DNA of 64,000 nucleotides from the IMG/VR virus record IMGVR_UViG_3300022856_000003; one strand, 5' to 3'. Below the pieces are notes generated by a model that ran no database searches, was not told the origin of the DNA, and saw only the letters and a program-made list of their open reading frames with translations. The translations under genes and the position numbers were made by a program. The number at the start of each line of letters is the position of its first letter. The stretch's first letter is position 1. Positions 34,836 to 43,608 of the stretch are shown here, piece by piece. This DNA is from a virus.

Positions 34836-37283
34836 ATGGCTGAGCTGACATACCCCGGCATCTACATCGAAGAGAAGGCTGGAGGCCCCGCGCCCGTCCA
34901 GGGCGTCTCTACGTCCATCCTGGCCCTTGTGGGCTGGACGCCGAAGGGCTTGACCGACGACCCGATCCTCGTGTCTGGCTTCAAGGAGTTCGAGCGCAAG
35001 TTCGGTGGCTTCACGTCCGATGGTCTGGTCCCGACGATGCTGCACTCGTTCTTCAAGAACGGTGGCCAGCTCGCTCGCATCGTCCGGGTTGCTGGTACGG
35101 GCAACGCCAACGGGAAGACCTACATCTCGGAAGAGGTCGAAGAGGAAGACACCGGCTACGACGCCGACGACTCGACGTTGGTCTTCACGGGCCAGGGTCT
35201 CGACGAGGCGCCGGTTGAGCCTGGCTCGATCGCTGGGATTGTGGAGTTCGTGGATGTCGACTCAACCGGCACGACTGGGGTGTCCACTGCCCCTGACGGA
35301 GTCATCGCCATCTGGACCACGGGAACCCCCGTAGGCGGCCAGGGTCAGTTCGTGGACATCTCCGGTCTGATCGGAGACATCGGGATCCAGCCCGGGACCG
35401 TGACCATCGACTGGGCCAGCGGCGGCGCGAAGTCGATGACCGACGACGGTTCTGGTGCCTTCACGGGCGACGGCAACGCGGCGGGGTCGATCATCGACTA
35501 CCTCACGGGTGCCATCATGTTCGACGCCAGTGGCGACATCCCAGACTCGGGCCTCGTCGGGACCATCACCTTCGACCACAAGGGCGTCAGCCGTGGGACG
35601 GTCACTGATGACGGGGCAGGCGCGGTCGAGGGCACGAACGTCGCCAGCGGCACCATCGACTACACGACCGGTGCCATCGCGATCACGTTCACGAAGCCTC
35701 CGGCCCTGACCTTCCCGGACTCGGGCTCCTCGAGCGAGAACTCCGAGACCATCGAAGTCGACTACGGGGGTGTCCTCTGGGAAGTCGACATGCTCTGGCC
35801 TGGCCTGGCCGGGAACAACTTCTCGGTCATGATCTTCGGCTCGCCCGGTTCGGAGAACGATGCGGACGCCAGCTTCACCCTGCACACCTTCCAGGTGCTC
35901 GAGGATGGAGTCGTCATCGAGCAGTGGGACAACATCGATTTCAGCGACAGCAACAGCGTCGACTTCTTCCCGCTGGTGGTGAACGACGAAAAGTCTGGCT
36001 CGAAGCACGTCGCGATCACGGACATCGGGTACGATGGAGTCCCCGCCGTGCTCCATGGCATCGAGGTCAGCGCCGAGAACCAGAGTCAGACTCCGGCCAT
36101 CGACGGTGTCGAGACCGAGTTCACGTTCACGCTCGGTGAGGATAGTTGCTACGCGACCTCGCTCGTGATCACGGCCACTGACACGGGTGCTGCGACCATG
36201 ACGGTCACGGACGACGGAGACGGCAACCTCATCGGTGACGTGAACTCGGCCGGTACCAACACGATCGACTACGAGACCGGCGCAGTGGACGTGACGTTCG
36301 GCACGGCGGTTCAGAACGCATCGGTCATAACGGCCGACTACTTCACGGAGCCCGACTACGAGTCCGTCGAGGACGACATGGCGGGCGGTCTCGACGGCTC
36401 TGCTGTCACCTCGTCGAACCTGATCGCTGCGGCGCTCGAGTCGACCTCCCAGGGGCTCTACGCGCTCAACAAGACCGACGACATGCTCATGGTCATCACC
36501 CCCGACTTCGCGGGTGACGAGACCACTGATCAGGCGGTGCTCGACTACTGCGAGAACCGCATGGATCGCTTCGCGATCCTCACGACGGTCGAGGGCATGA
36601 GCTACGACGATGCCGTGGTCTACAAGCGACGGACGCTCGCCAGGAACAGCAACAACTACGGAGCCATCTACTGGCCGTGGGTTCAGATTCTCGACCCGGT
36701 GACGGAGAAGTCTCTGAACATCCCACCCATCGGTCACGTGGCTGGCGTCTTCGCTCGCACTGACGCGAAGAGGAACATCGGCAAGGCCCCGGCAGGCGCG
36801 GTGGATGGATCGATGCGCTTCATTCTGGGCCTGGCTCAGAGTCCGACGAAGGCAGAGGTCGGAACGCTGACTCGTGGTCGTGTGAACGCTCTGGTGGACT
36901 GGCAACAGGTCGGATCACCCGCCGTCTGGGGTGCTCGCACCCTGGAGTCAAACGGTGAGTTCGGGTACGTCCAGGCTCGCCGCCTGTTCATGTTCCTGGA
37001 GAAGTCGGTCTTCAACGCAACCCACATCTACGCGTTCGAGAACAACGGTTCGGCGCTCTGGGCTCGGATTCGCCTCCAGCTCAACGGCTTCCTGTTCCGC
37101 CTGTTCCAGCAGGGCTACTTCGCGGGCACTACTCCCGAGGAGGCGTACTTCATCACGGTGGACTCCACGAACAACCCCCAGGAGTCCGTGGACGCTGGAG
37201 AGCTGTACGTGGATGTCGGTGTCGCTCCTGGCAAGCCTGCTGAGTTCATCGTCTTCCGTTTCGCCCAGAAGATCCCCGGCTGA
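34836..37283 (+). CDS. gp18: contractile tail sheath protein with inserted repeated beta domains
   Basis: YPGIYIEE, SFFKNGG, IYWPWV, PPIGHVAGVFARTD, VWGARTL, FENN...LW, PAEFIVFRF. Confidence 0.95.
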   Translation: MAELTYPGIYIEEKAGGPAPVQGVSTSILALVGWTPKGLTDDPILVSGFKEFERKFGGFTSDGLVPTMLHSFFKNGGQLARIVRVAGTGNANGKTYISEEVEEEDTGYDADDSTLVFTGQGLDEAPVEPGSIAGIVEFVDVDSTGTTGVSTAPDGVIAIWTTGTPVGGQGQFVDISGLIGDIGIQPGTVTIDWASGGAKSMTDDGSGAFTGDGNAAGSIIDYLTGAIMFDASGDIPDSGLVGTITFDHKGVSRGTVTDDGAGAVEGTNVASGTIDYTTGAIAITFTKPPALTFPDSGSSSENSETIEVDYGGVLWEVDMLWPGLAGNNFSVMIFGSPGSENDADASFTLHTFQVLEDGVVIEQWDNIDFSDSNSVDFFPLVVNDEKSGSKHVAITDIGYDGVPAVLHGIEVSAENQSQTPAIDGVETEFTFTLGEDSCYATSLVITATDTGAATMTVTDDGDGNLIGDVNSAGTNTIDYETGAVDVTFGTAVQNASVITADYFTEPDYESVEDDMAGGLDGSAVTSSNLIAAALESTSQGLYALNKTDDMLMVITPDFAGDETTDQAVLDYCENRMDRFAILTTVEGMSYDDAVVYKRRTLARNSNNYGAIYWPWVQILDPVTEKSLNIPPIGHVAGVFARTDAKRNIGKAPAGAVDGSMRFILGLAQSPTKAEVGTLTRGRVNALVDWQQVGSPAVWGARTLESNGEFGYVQARRLFMFLEKSVFNATHIYAFENNGSALWARIRLQLNGFLFRLFQQGYFAGTTPEEAYFITVDSTNNPQESVDAGELYVDVGVAPGKPAEFIVFRFAQKIPG

Positions 37284-37294
37284 TAGCCCCTGGG

Positions 37295-37308
37295 CGAAAT
37301 CGATTTCA
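37295..37308. repeat. dispersed palindrome copy after the sheath gene
   Basis: CGAAATCGATTTCA. Confidence 0.88.
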
Positions 37309-37383
37309 TTGGACTGGCACTGGTCCATGGCCAGATTCGGCAAGTAGCTGATACACTGGCCGCAGCACCCCTGGAGATTCAGA

Positions 37384-37680
37384 ATGAGCAACCCCACGAA
37401 GAACGTCCGAGGCACTCCCGAGAAGAACCGCAAGGCCAACCATGTGCCGAGTGCGTTCCCATTCGACGGTGGGCTGAACCTGGAAGAGCCCGGATCGGCC
37501 ACGGTCTATCTGGCCAAGTTCAACAAGGCGATGGCCGATGTTGAGGTCGGAATGATGGCTTCTGGTCTTCGTCCCGGCATGGCTGGCTACGATGATGTGA
37601 AGTCGGGCCAGACCGGCTACGGCGTGCCTTCCCCTGGTCTCGATGCAGCTCCCGCTGGCCTCTTCATCAAGAAGGTCTGA
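37384..37680 (+). CDS. hypothetical protein
   Basis: GGAG SD; TGaTACACT -10-like element upstream. Confidence 0.6.
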   Translation: MSNPTKNVRGTPEKNRKANHVPSAFPFDGGLNLEEPGSATVYLAKFNKAMADVEVGMMASGLRPGMAGYDDVKSGQTGYGVPSPGLDAAPAGLFIKKV

Positions 37681-37706
37681 GCGGACCCGCTCGTCGAGGT
37701 AAATAG

Positions 37707-38192
37707 ATGGCCGTCGCAGATCTCATCCCTAGCTACTTCACGCAGATCTTTGCGTCTGGCGACGGCGTGACGGGAATTTCGTACACGGGCGAAGAGACCG
37801 TCCTTCGGACGCACCCCACGATCCCGGCGAGGAATGGACGAATCCATGTCGCGGGGAAGTCAGGGTCCGAGGCCGGTGCCATCGACGGCGGGTTGCTTGA
37901 CCTGGCGACGCTTCGCCTTGGACTCTGGAACCGTCTTCAAGGCGTGTTCATCAAGCTCCCGAACATCAGCAACATCAGCTTGTTCGCCGTGGACGAGGAT
38001 GGGATCACCTACCTCATGGCCACGGTGGCGAGCGACACGATGGTGATGGATGGGTTCTCGTCGAAGTGGCTCCAGCCGGGGTGGAACGTCAAGGTCGTCG
38101 CTACGGGTACGCTCAATGCGGCAGGCAAGATTCATTTCATCTTCGACGAGTGGGCCAACCCGATCGCCGTCGCACAAATCACCACCGGATAG
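37707..38192 (+). CDS. hypothetical (possibly virion) protein
   Basis: GAGGT SD; beta-rich. Confidence 0.6.
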   Translation: MAVADLIPSYFTQIFASGDGVTGISYTGEETVLRTHPTIPARNGRIHVAGKSGSEAGAIDGGLLDLATLRLGLWNRLQGVFIKLPNISNISLFAVDEDGITYLMATVASDTMVMDGFSSKWLQPGWNVKVVATGTLNAAGKIHFIFDEWANPIAVAQITTG

Positions 38193-38203
38193 GGGAGCCT
38201 GAT

Positions 38204-38704
38204 ATGGCGCGTACCGAGTCATCTGATCCTCTGCACGGCTTCCGCTTCCACGTTCGTACTGAGACGGAGGCGGGGCAGTTCTCCGACTCTGAGTTGGGCG
38301 AGGCTGGCTTCCAGTCCTGCACGCTTCCCGAGCTATCGACGGAGTCGGTGGAGTACCGCGAGGGCCACCTCACGTACACGAAGAAGTTCCCTGGAGTCCC
38401 CACGGTCTCGAACCTCACGCTGATGCGTGGAGTGACGAAGACGGACACCAGCTTCTACGACTGGGTCCTCACGGCCATCGAGGGTGGTGAGTACCGCACG
38501 AACCTGACCGTCTACCACTGGCATCGCGATGGGAAGACCAGCGGCCAGATCGCGGACCTCAACGCGGCGCGGAAGTACAACTGCTACGAGTGCTTCCCGA
38601 GTCGTTGCAAGCCCGCTGCGGACCTCGACGCCACCTCGAGTGAGGTGTCGCTGGCCGAGGTCGATGTCGAGGTCGAGTACTTCGAGATCGAAGACGCAAC
38701 CTGA
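38204..38704 (+). CDS. gp19: tail tube protein (T4 gp19/Afp1-like)
   Basis: DPLHGFRFHV, GFQSC, VEYREG, KFPG...NLTLMRG, FYDW. Confidence 0.9.
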   Translation: MARTESSDPLHGFRFHVRTETEAGQFSDSELGEAGFQSCTLPELSTESVEYREGHLTYTKKFPGVPTVSNLTLMRGVTKTDTSFYDWVLTAIEGGEYRTNLTVYHWHRDGKTSGQIADLNAARKYNCYECFPSRCKPAADLDATSSEVSLAEVDVEVEYFEIEDAT

Positions 38705-38721
38705 GATCCTGGGAGTAGTTG

Positions 38722-39279
38722 ATGCACTCTCTCGTCCACCGGGTGAAGACCCTGACGGAGCACAAGTTCCACTTCCTCGGAGGTGGAGCTGTCAGGATCA
38801 CTCGCGCCAGGCTGTCTGCTCACCTGAGCGAGTCTGGACTCGAGTCCGCTGCATTCTTGGACGAAGGCAGCTTGCTTCCTCGATCATTGGCCGAAGACCT
38901 GGCCGAGGATGGTCGAGTGTCAGGCATCGTCCGCTCTGAGCCCTCTGACGACCCTGCGATGGCACTGGTGAAGCGAGCCTTCGCCTATGCCCGTAAGGAG
39001 GCTCGTGGGTGGTCTCAGGCTGAGTTAATCGCCGAGTTCGCAACGGACTACCCGGATGATTACGAGATACGTCTCCGCAAGGCCGTCTCACACATCGCCC
39101 AGTCCTACATCAACGAGGCTGTGGTCAAGACAGCCTATGAGGCGTGTCCCGCGAAGCCTTCGATGGAATGGGCTCTCCCTACCAAAAGCGTGTTCGTCGA
39201 CATCTTGGCTGACATCGTCGAAGAGCGGATGAGCAAGGGGATCTCCAAGTACAAGAGGGGTCTCGACGACGCCGTCTGA
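38722..39279 (+). CDS. hypothetical protein with divergent leader (MHSLVHRVKTLTE)
   Basis: GGAG SD; 185 aa. Confidence 0.6.
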   Translation: MHSLVHRVKTLTEHKFHFLGGGAVRITRARLSAHLSESGLESAAFLDEGSLLPRSLAEDLAEDGRVSGIVRSEPSDDPAMALVKRAFAYARKEARGWSQAELIAEFATDYPDDYEIRLRKAVSHIAQSYINEAVVKTAYEACPAKPSMEWALPTKSVFVDILADIVEERMSKGISKYKRGLDDAV

Positions 39280-39280
39280 G

Positions 39281-39294
39281 CGAAATCGATTTCT
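39281..39294. repeat. dispersed palindrome copy immediately after a stop codon
   Basis: CGAAATCGATTTCT. Confidence 0.88.
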
Positions 39295-39309
39295 AGCCGA
39301 GGTGGCGTA

Positions 39310-39978
39310 GTGCGTTCATTCATTCAAGATCTTCGCGAAGAGGCCGGTGCCATGCACAAGGTCTTCTGGCACTTCCCACTCAGTGGTGAAGCGTTGAAGG
39401 ACTTCGTCCTTCTGCGTGGGCTCGTCAAGGACTTCCTCGGTGAGGATCTGAGCATCCCGACCCTCGACCCCCACCTGACCATCCTCTACATGGGTGAGGT
39501 CTACGAAGGTGACCTGCCCGCGATCATGGAGGCAGGGGCTAGTGCTCTCGCTTCTATGACTGGTCGGCCGTACTTCGAGGGTAGCGAGGTGAGCTTCTTC
39601 CCCATCACCGACAGGAGTGAGGGGAACCAGCCCATCGTCCTCAAGGTCAACGGTGGAGTTGAGGACATCCACAACCGACTGTTGCGTGCGCTCGCCCCCT
39701 GGGTGACGAAGGCGCAGTTTCTCGACTTCCAGATGCACATCACCTTCGGCTACCTGATTGGTCGAAAGCTCACGGCTGAGGAGTACTTCCAGCTCCGAAA
39801 GATGGGACCGCCCCACGACATCAATGGCCCGATCCAGAATGTGCGACTCACTGCTGGAAAGGAGTTCGAGAAGGACTTCCACCTGGGTCCGGTGCCCAAA
39901 AAGAGAGCGCGAAGAGATGGCGAGCGAGCCTATCCAACAGGCGTCAGCGCACTGAGCACGCCGCCATCCAATGGCTAG
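39310..39978 (+). CDS. 2H phosphoesterase (LigT/Acb1-like) with capsid-targeting-like leader
   Basis: Two HxT motifs (PHLTILY, MHITFGY) about 90 aa apart; N-terminus MRSFIQDLREE. Confidence 0.8.
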   Translation: MRSFIQDLREEAGAMHKVFWHFPLSGEALKDFVLLRGLVKDFLGEDLSIPTLDPHLTILYMGEVYEGDLPAIMEAGASALASMTGRPYFEGSEVSFFPITDRSEGNQPIVLKVNGGVEDIHNRLLRALAPWVTKAQFLDFQMHITFGYLIGRKLTAEEYFQLRKMGPPHDINGPIQNVRLTAGKEFEKDFHLGPVPKKRARRDGERAYPTGVSALSTPPSNG

Positions 39979-40516
39979 GCTTCGCCTTCAGGATAGGATG
40001 CAGGCGTATCCATTCTGGCTCGTAGATATCGAGCCGAACCTTTACGCTCCGTTCTTCGCTCTCAATCCACTGCTTGGCTTCCAGTCATGTTCGAGCGTCG
40101 AGATCGGCATCGAGCACACTGAGCATCGAGCCTTGGATAGGATGTTCCCAGTCCATATGCCGTTGGCGGGTACCATCTCCCCCATCACGTTGAGGCGTGG
40201 GGCTCTGCTTGGCGTGTCCGACTTCTACCGATGGGTCGACCGTCACCAGAAGGGCGAGGATCGATCGCGGAGAAATCTGCTCCTGATTCACTTCCTGACA
40301 CTCGGCGTGAACACAGAGATCGATGGCGTGGCACAAGCTATCGCCGGTCCTGCTGCCGAAGTAATTCGACCTCCGGGGCGAGCCTGGGTCCTGTGGAACT
40401 GTGTCCCTACGAGGTATGGCTCTGGTGAGCTTGACGCCTCGAGTGGACAGGTGGTCATTCACGAGGTCGAGGTACAACCTGGCGCTGTCACTCAGGTGGA
40501 TCTCGGGGTCGTTTAA
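39971..40516 (+). CDS. second tail tube-like protein (Afp5-like paralogue)
   Basis: GFQSCS, ITLRRG, DFYRW, RRNLLLI, WVLWNCVPTRY, ELDASS. Confidence 0.8.
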   Translation: MARLRLQDRMQAYPFWLVDIEPNLYAPFFALNPLLGFQSCSSVEIGIEHTEHRALDRMFPVHMPLAGTISPITLRRGALLGVSDFYRWVDRHQKGEDRSRRNLLLIHFLTLGVNTEIDGVAQAIAGPAAEVIRPPGRAWVLWNCVPTRYGSGELDASSGQVVIHEVEVQPGAVTQVDLGVV

Positions 40517-40800
40517 CTCGCACCATTGAGACTCTCAAGTAGGACGCCCGAGTCCTGTGTTGGCTGCTCATGGGTTGCCCTGTCCTATCCCCCACCTGCC
40601 CGTCCGAACAGAGGGAGTCCGCATGCTGGACTACACGGTCTGCACGAGGGATAGGTTGATGTGGTTGTAGTAGCGTGCATCTGACCCCTCTGGTATGTTG
40701 CTCGAACCGCTAAATGCACAGCGATCTCTCCCGTAGCGCGCCCGTCGACACCTCGTCGCGGCCCTCCTGAAAGACACTGAACAATCCAAAGGGGGCGCTG

Positions 40801-42807
40801 ATGAATCAGGCCATAGCCGCGACTCGATTCCCGAATCTACTGAGCGAGTTTGTCTATACGAGGACCTACTCCAGATGGATGAACGAAGAGAGTCGTCGCG
40901 AGAAGTGGCCTGAGACCGTCACCCGGTACGTCAACTACGTCTGTGCGAAGCTCGAGTCTGCACCAGACGTGAGTGAAGCTCTGCTGTCTGAGACGAGGTC
41001 CGAACTCTGGAATGCCATCGTCAACATGGACACGCTCCCGTCGATGCGCGCCATGTGGTCGGCCGGGAAGTCGCTCGAAGCAGACAACTGCTTTGGCTAC
41101 AACTGCGCCTTCCTCCCCATCGATTCGGTAGTCAGCTTCACGGAGGCGCTCTACATCTTGATGTGTGGAACTGGAGTCGGGTTCAGCGTCGAATCCCAGT
41201 TCGTGAACAACCTGCCGAAGGTGTATGAACCCTCAGAGGGCTATGTCTCGACGTGCTTCACGGTTCCTGATTCGACCATCGGATGGAAGGAAGCATTCGA
41301 GTTCGGATTGATGACATGGTGGCAGGGCGGGGATGTGGTCTTTGACTACTCTCTGGTCCGAGAGAAGGGATCCATCCTCAAAACGAAGGGTGGACGAGCC
41401 TCCGGTCCTGAGCCTCTCAAGAAGCTCCTCGACTTTGCCCGGAAGATGATCATGGGTGCCCAGGGTCGACAGCTCCGTCCCATCGAGTGCCACGACCTGA
41501 TGTGCATCGTGGGTGAGGTCGTCGTCGTTGGTGGTGTTCGTCGCGCCGCTCTCATCTCCGTCTCAGATCCGTGGGATGTGGATATGCGCCACGCGAAGGA
41601 CTGGTCTGACGGAAAGACCTTCCCGTCGCTGCGGTACATGAGCAACAACAGCTCGTACTGGGAGGAACGACCGGAGCCGGAACTCTTCTGGCAGGAGTGG
41701 GTTGCACTCCAGAGGTCTGGCTCTGGTGAACGTGGCTTCCTCATCGACAACTTCCATCTGCGGTCCGACAGGCCAAAGGGTTCTTGTCGAACCAACCCCT
41801 GTGGTGAGATCGGGCTCCGCTTCAAGCTCTCCACGAACCCCTGGACGGGTGAAGGCGGTGGTGGCCAGTTCTGCAACCTGACAGCCACGGTGGTGCGCCC
41901 CTGGGACACTCTCGAGACCATGCTCGAGAAGGTGAGGCTCGCAGCCATCCTGGGGACGATCCAGGCGTCCTGGACCCACTTCCCGCACATCCGACCGGGC
42001 TGGGCCGAGACCTGCAACGAGGACCGCCTTCTGGGTGTCGACATCACGGGACAGTGCGACAACCCCACGCTCTGCAACGACCCCGAGTCCATGCGCCAAC
42101 TCAACCGGATGGCCATCGATACGAACATCGAGTGGGCCAGGCGACTCGGAATCAACGAGGCAGCGGCAGTCACCTGTGGCAAGCCAAGTGGGAACAGCTC
42201 TCAGCTTGTGAACTGCGCCAGTGGTTTTCATCACCGGTTCTCCAGCTTCTACTTCCGGCACGTCCGCATCAGCGCAGCCGATCCCCTGTTCTTGCTCGCT
42301 CGGGACTCAGGCATTCCCTACTACAAGGAGAATGGTCAGGAGGATCGCGCCGATGAGGATGTAGAGGTCTGGGTGGTTCGCTTCCCTGTGCGGGCACCAG
42401 AGGGATCTGTCCTTCGGAACTCAGAGACAGCCATCGAGCAGCTCGAGCGTTACCTTCACATCATGCGAACATGGTGCGGTGAGAAGGGTCACAACCAGTC
42501 GGCCACGATCTACGTCAAGGAACACGAGTGGGACGAGGTCGGCGCGTGGGTCTATGAGAACTTCGACGAAATCACCGGGGTCAGCTTCCTGCCATTCGAT
42601 GGCGGCAAGTACAACCTGGCCCCCTACGTCGAGATCACCGAAGCTGAGTACGAGATTGCCCAGGCAGAGATGCCGATCATCGACTTCGACATCCTGACCC
42701 TCTACGAGAAGGAGGACCGAGGGGAAGGTTCCACTGAACTCGCGTGCGTCGGCGGAAGCTGCGAAATCGATTTCGATAAGATGGCTATGGAGGCCACCGC
42801 TCAGTAG
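40801..42807 (+). CDS. nrdJ: class II (adenosylcobalamin-dependent) ribonucleotide reductase
   Basis: RTYSRW, YNCAF, GGRASGP, GGVRRAA, TNPCGEI, KPSGNSS, C-terminal ACVGGSCE; no beta-subunit gene nearby. Confidence 0.9.
   Translation: MNQAIAATRFPNLLSEFVYTRTYSRWMNEESRREKWPETVTRYVNYVCAKLESAPDVSEALLSETRSELWNAIVNMDTLPSMRAMWSAGKSLEADNCFGYNCAFLPIDSVVSFTEALYILMCGTGVGFSVESQFVNNLPKVYEPSEGYVSTCFTVPDSTIGWKEAFEFGLMTWWQGGDVVFDYSLVREKGSILKTKGGRASGPEPLKKLLDFARKMIMGAQGRQLRPIECHDLMCIVGEVVVVGGVRRAALISVSDPWDVDMRHAKDWSDGKTFPSLRYMSNNSSYWEERPEPELFWQEWVALQRSGSGERGFLIDNFHLRSDRPKGSCRTNPCGEIGLRFKLSTNPWTGEGGGGQFCNLTATVVRPWDTLETMLEKVRLAAILGTIQASWTHFPHIRPGWAETCNEDRLLGVDITGQCDNPTLCNDPESMRQLNRMAIDTNIEWARRLGINEAAAVTCGKPSGNSSQLVNCASGFHHRFSSFYFRHVRISAADPLFLLARDSGIPYYKENGQEDRADEDVEVWVVRFPVRAPEGSVLRNSETAIEQLERYLHIMRTWCGEKGHNQSATIYVKEHEWDEVGAWVYENFDEITGVSFLPFDGGKYNLAPYVEITEAEYEIAQAEMPIIDFDILTLYEKEDRGEGSTELACVGGSCEIDFDKMAMEATAQ
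42762..42775. repeat. dispersed palindrome copy inside the 3' end of nrdJ (EIDF)
   Basis: CGAAATCGATTTCG. Confidence 0.9.
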
Positions 42808-42852
42808 CGGTGCTATAGTTGGTCAAACAGCGCAAGGTGCGCGAGGAAACAT

Positions 42853-43548
42853 ATGAGCAAGACTCCCATCGGTGAACGACATGCCCTAGACGCCTACGGA
42901 ACAGATCCGAGGTTTGCTCTAGCAATCTGTCGTCGTCTCGCAGACATCGGCCAGCTCTTCGATGGCGCTCGCGTTCTCGAACCCCATGTGGGTAAGGGGC
43001 CGTTCGTCCGTGCTCTTCGTCAGGTGGCGAGAGAACGCGAGTGGAAGTTCGACATCATGGTCTGTGACATCGACCCGAACGTCCCAGGGATGAAGTACGC
43101 CGACCAGTTCAAAGATGTCACGGCCATGCCCCCATGCGCGTTCCTTGAGTGGGCCGCAGAGTGGGAAGGTGAACCCTGGGATCTGGTTGTCGGCAACCCA
43201 CCCTTCTCTGTAGTGGAGCCGGGAAAGAAGCGAGGTCCTGTCGTGGCCCACCTCCACATCCAGGCAGCTCGAAAGATCGCGAAGGCGACATGCCTTGTCA
43301 CCCGTGTTGGGCTGCTGACGACCTCCGACGACCGGCCCTTCGCCCTTGAGGAGCCTCCGAACCATCGGTTCGATGCTTACCCGCGTCCGAGCTTCACGAT
43401 CCGTGGCACCGATGCCTGTGAGTATCTGGGTGGACTGTGGGATGACCGCATGGACCGAGTTCAGATCGCTGGTGTCGATTGCGCCACCTCTGAGATCCTC
43501 CAATGGAAGGAAATTGGCCGCTGGCCGAGGACTCTTCCGGGCGGGTGA
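42853..43548 (+). CDS. N6-adenine DNA methyltransferase-like protein
   Basis: DAYGT, VLEPHVGKGPF (motif I), VVGNPPF (motif IV), RPSF. Confidence 0.8.
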   Translation: MSKTPIGERHALDAYGTDPRFALAICRRLADIGQLFDGARVLEPHVGKGPFVRALRQVAREREWKFDIMVCDIDPNVPGMKYADQFKDVTAMPPCAFLEWAAEWEGEPWDLVVGNPPFSVVEPGKKRGPVVAHLHIQAARKIAKATCLVTRVGLLTTSDDRPFALEEPPNHRFDAYPRPSFTIRGTDACEYLGGLWDDRMDRVQIAGVDCATSEILQWKEIGRWPRTLPGG

Positions 43549-43559
43549 AATCGATTTCG
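43546..43559. repeat. dispersed palindrome copy overlapping a stop codon, abutting a promoter
   Basis: TGAAATCGATTTCG, 4 bp upstream of TTGACT. Confidence 0.9.
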
Positions 43560-43563
43560 CGTG

Positions 43564-43591
43564 TTGACTTAACAACTGCTTGCGATACAAT
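43564..43591 (+). promoter_or_regulatory. sigma70-like promoter
   Basis: TTGACT-N16-TACAAT. Confidence 0.6.
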
Positions 43592-43608
43592 CTCCGGGTA
43601 CAGGCGAG

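Noticed and set aside
35933-35943. Weak palindrome-like matches (CATCGATTTCA near 35933; GCGAAATCGAG at 44173)
   Set aside because: Only half-sites; compatible with chance given the frequent ATCGA in coding sequence
40517-40800. Cobalamin riboswitch upstream of nrdJ
   Set aside because: No B12-box or GGGAA...GCCCCCGCAACTGT-like core recognised
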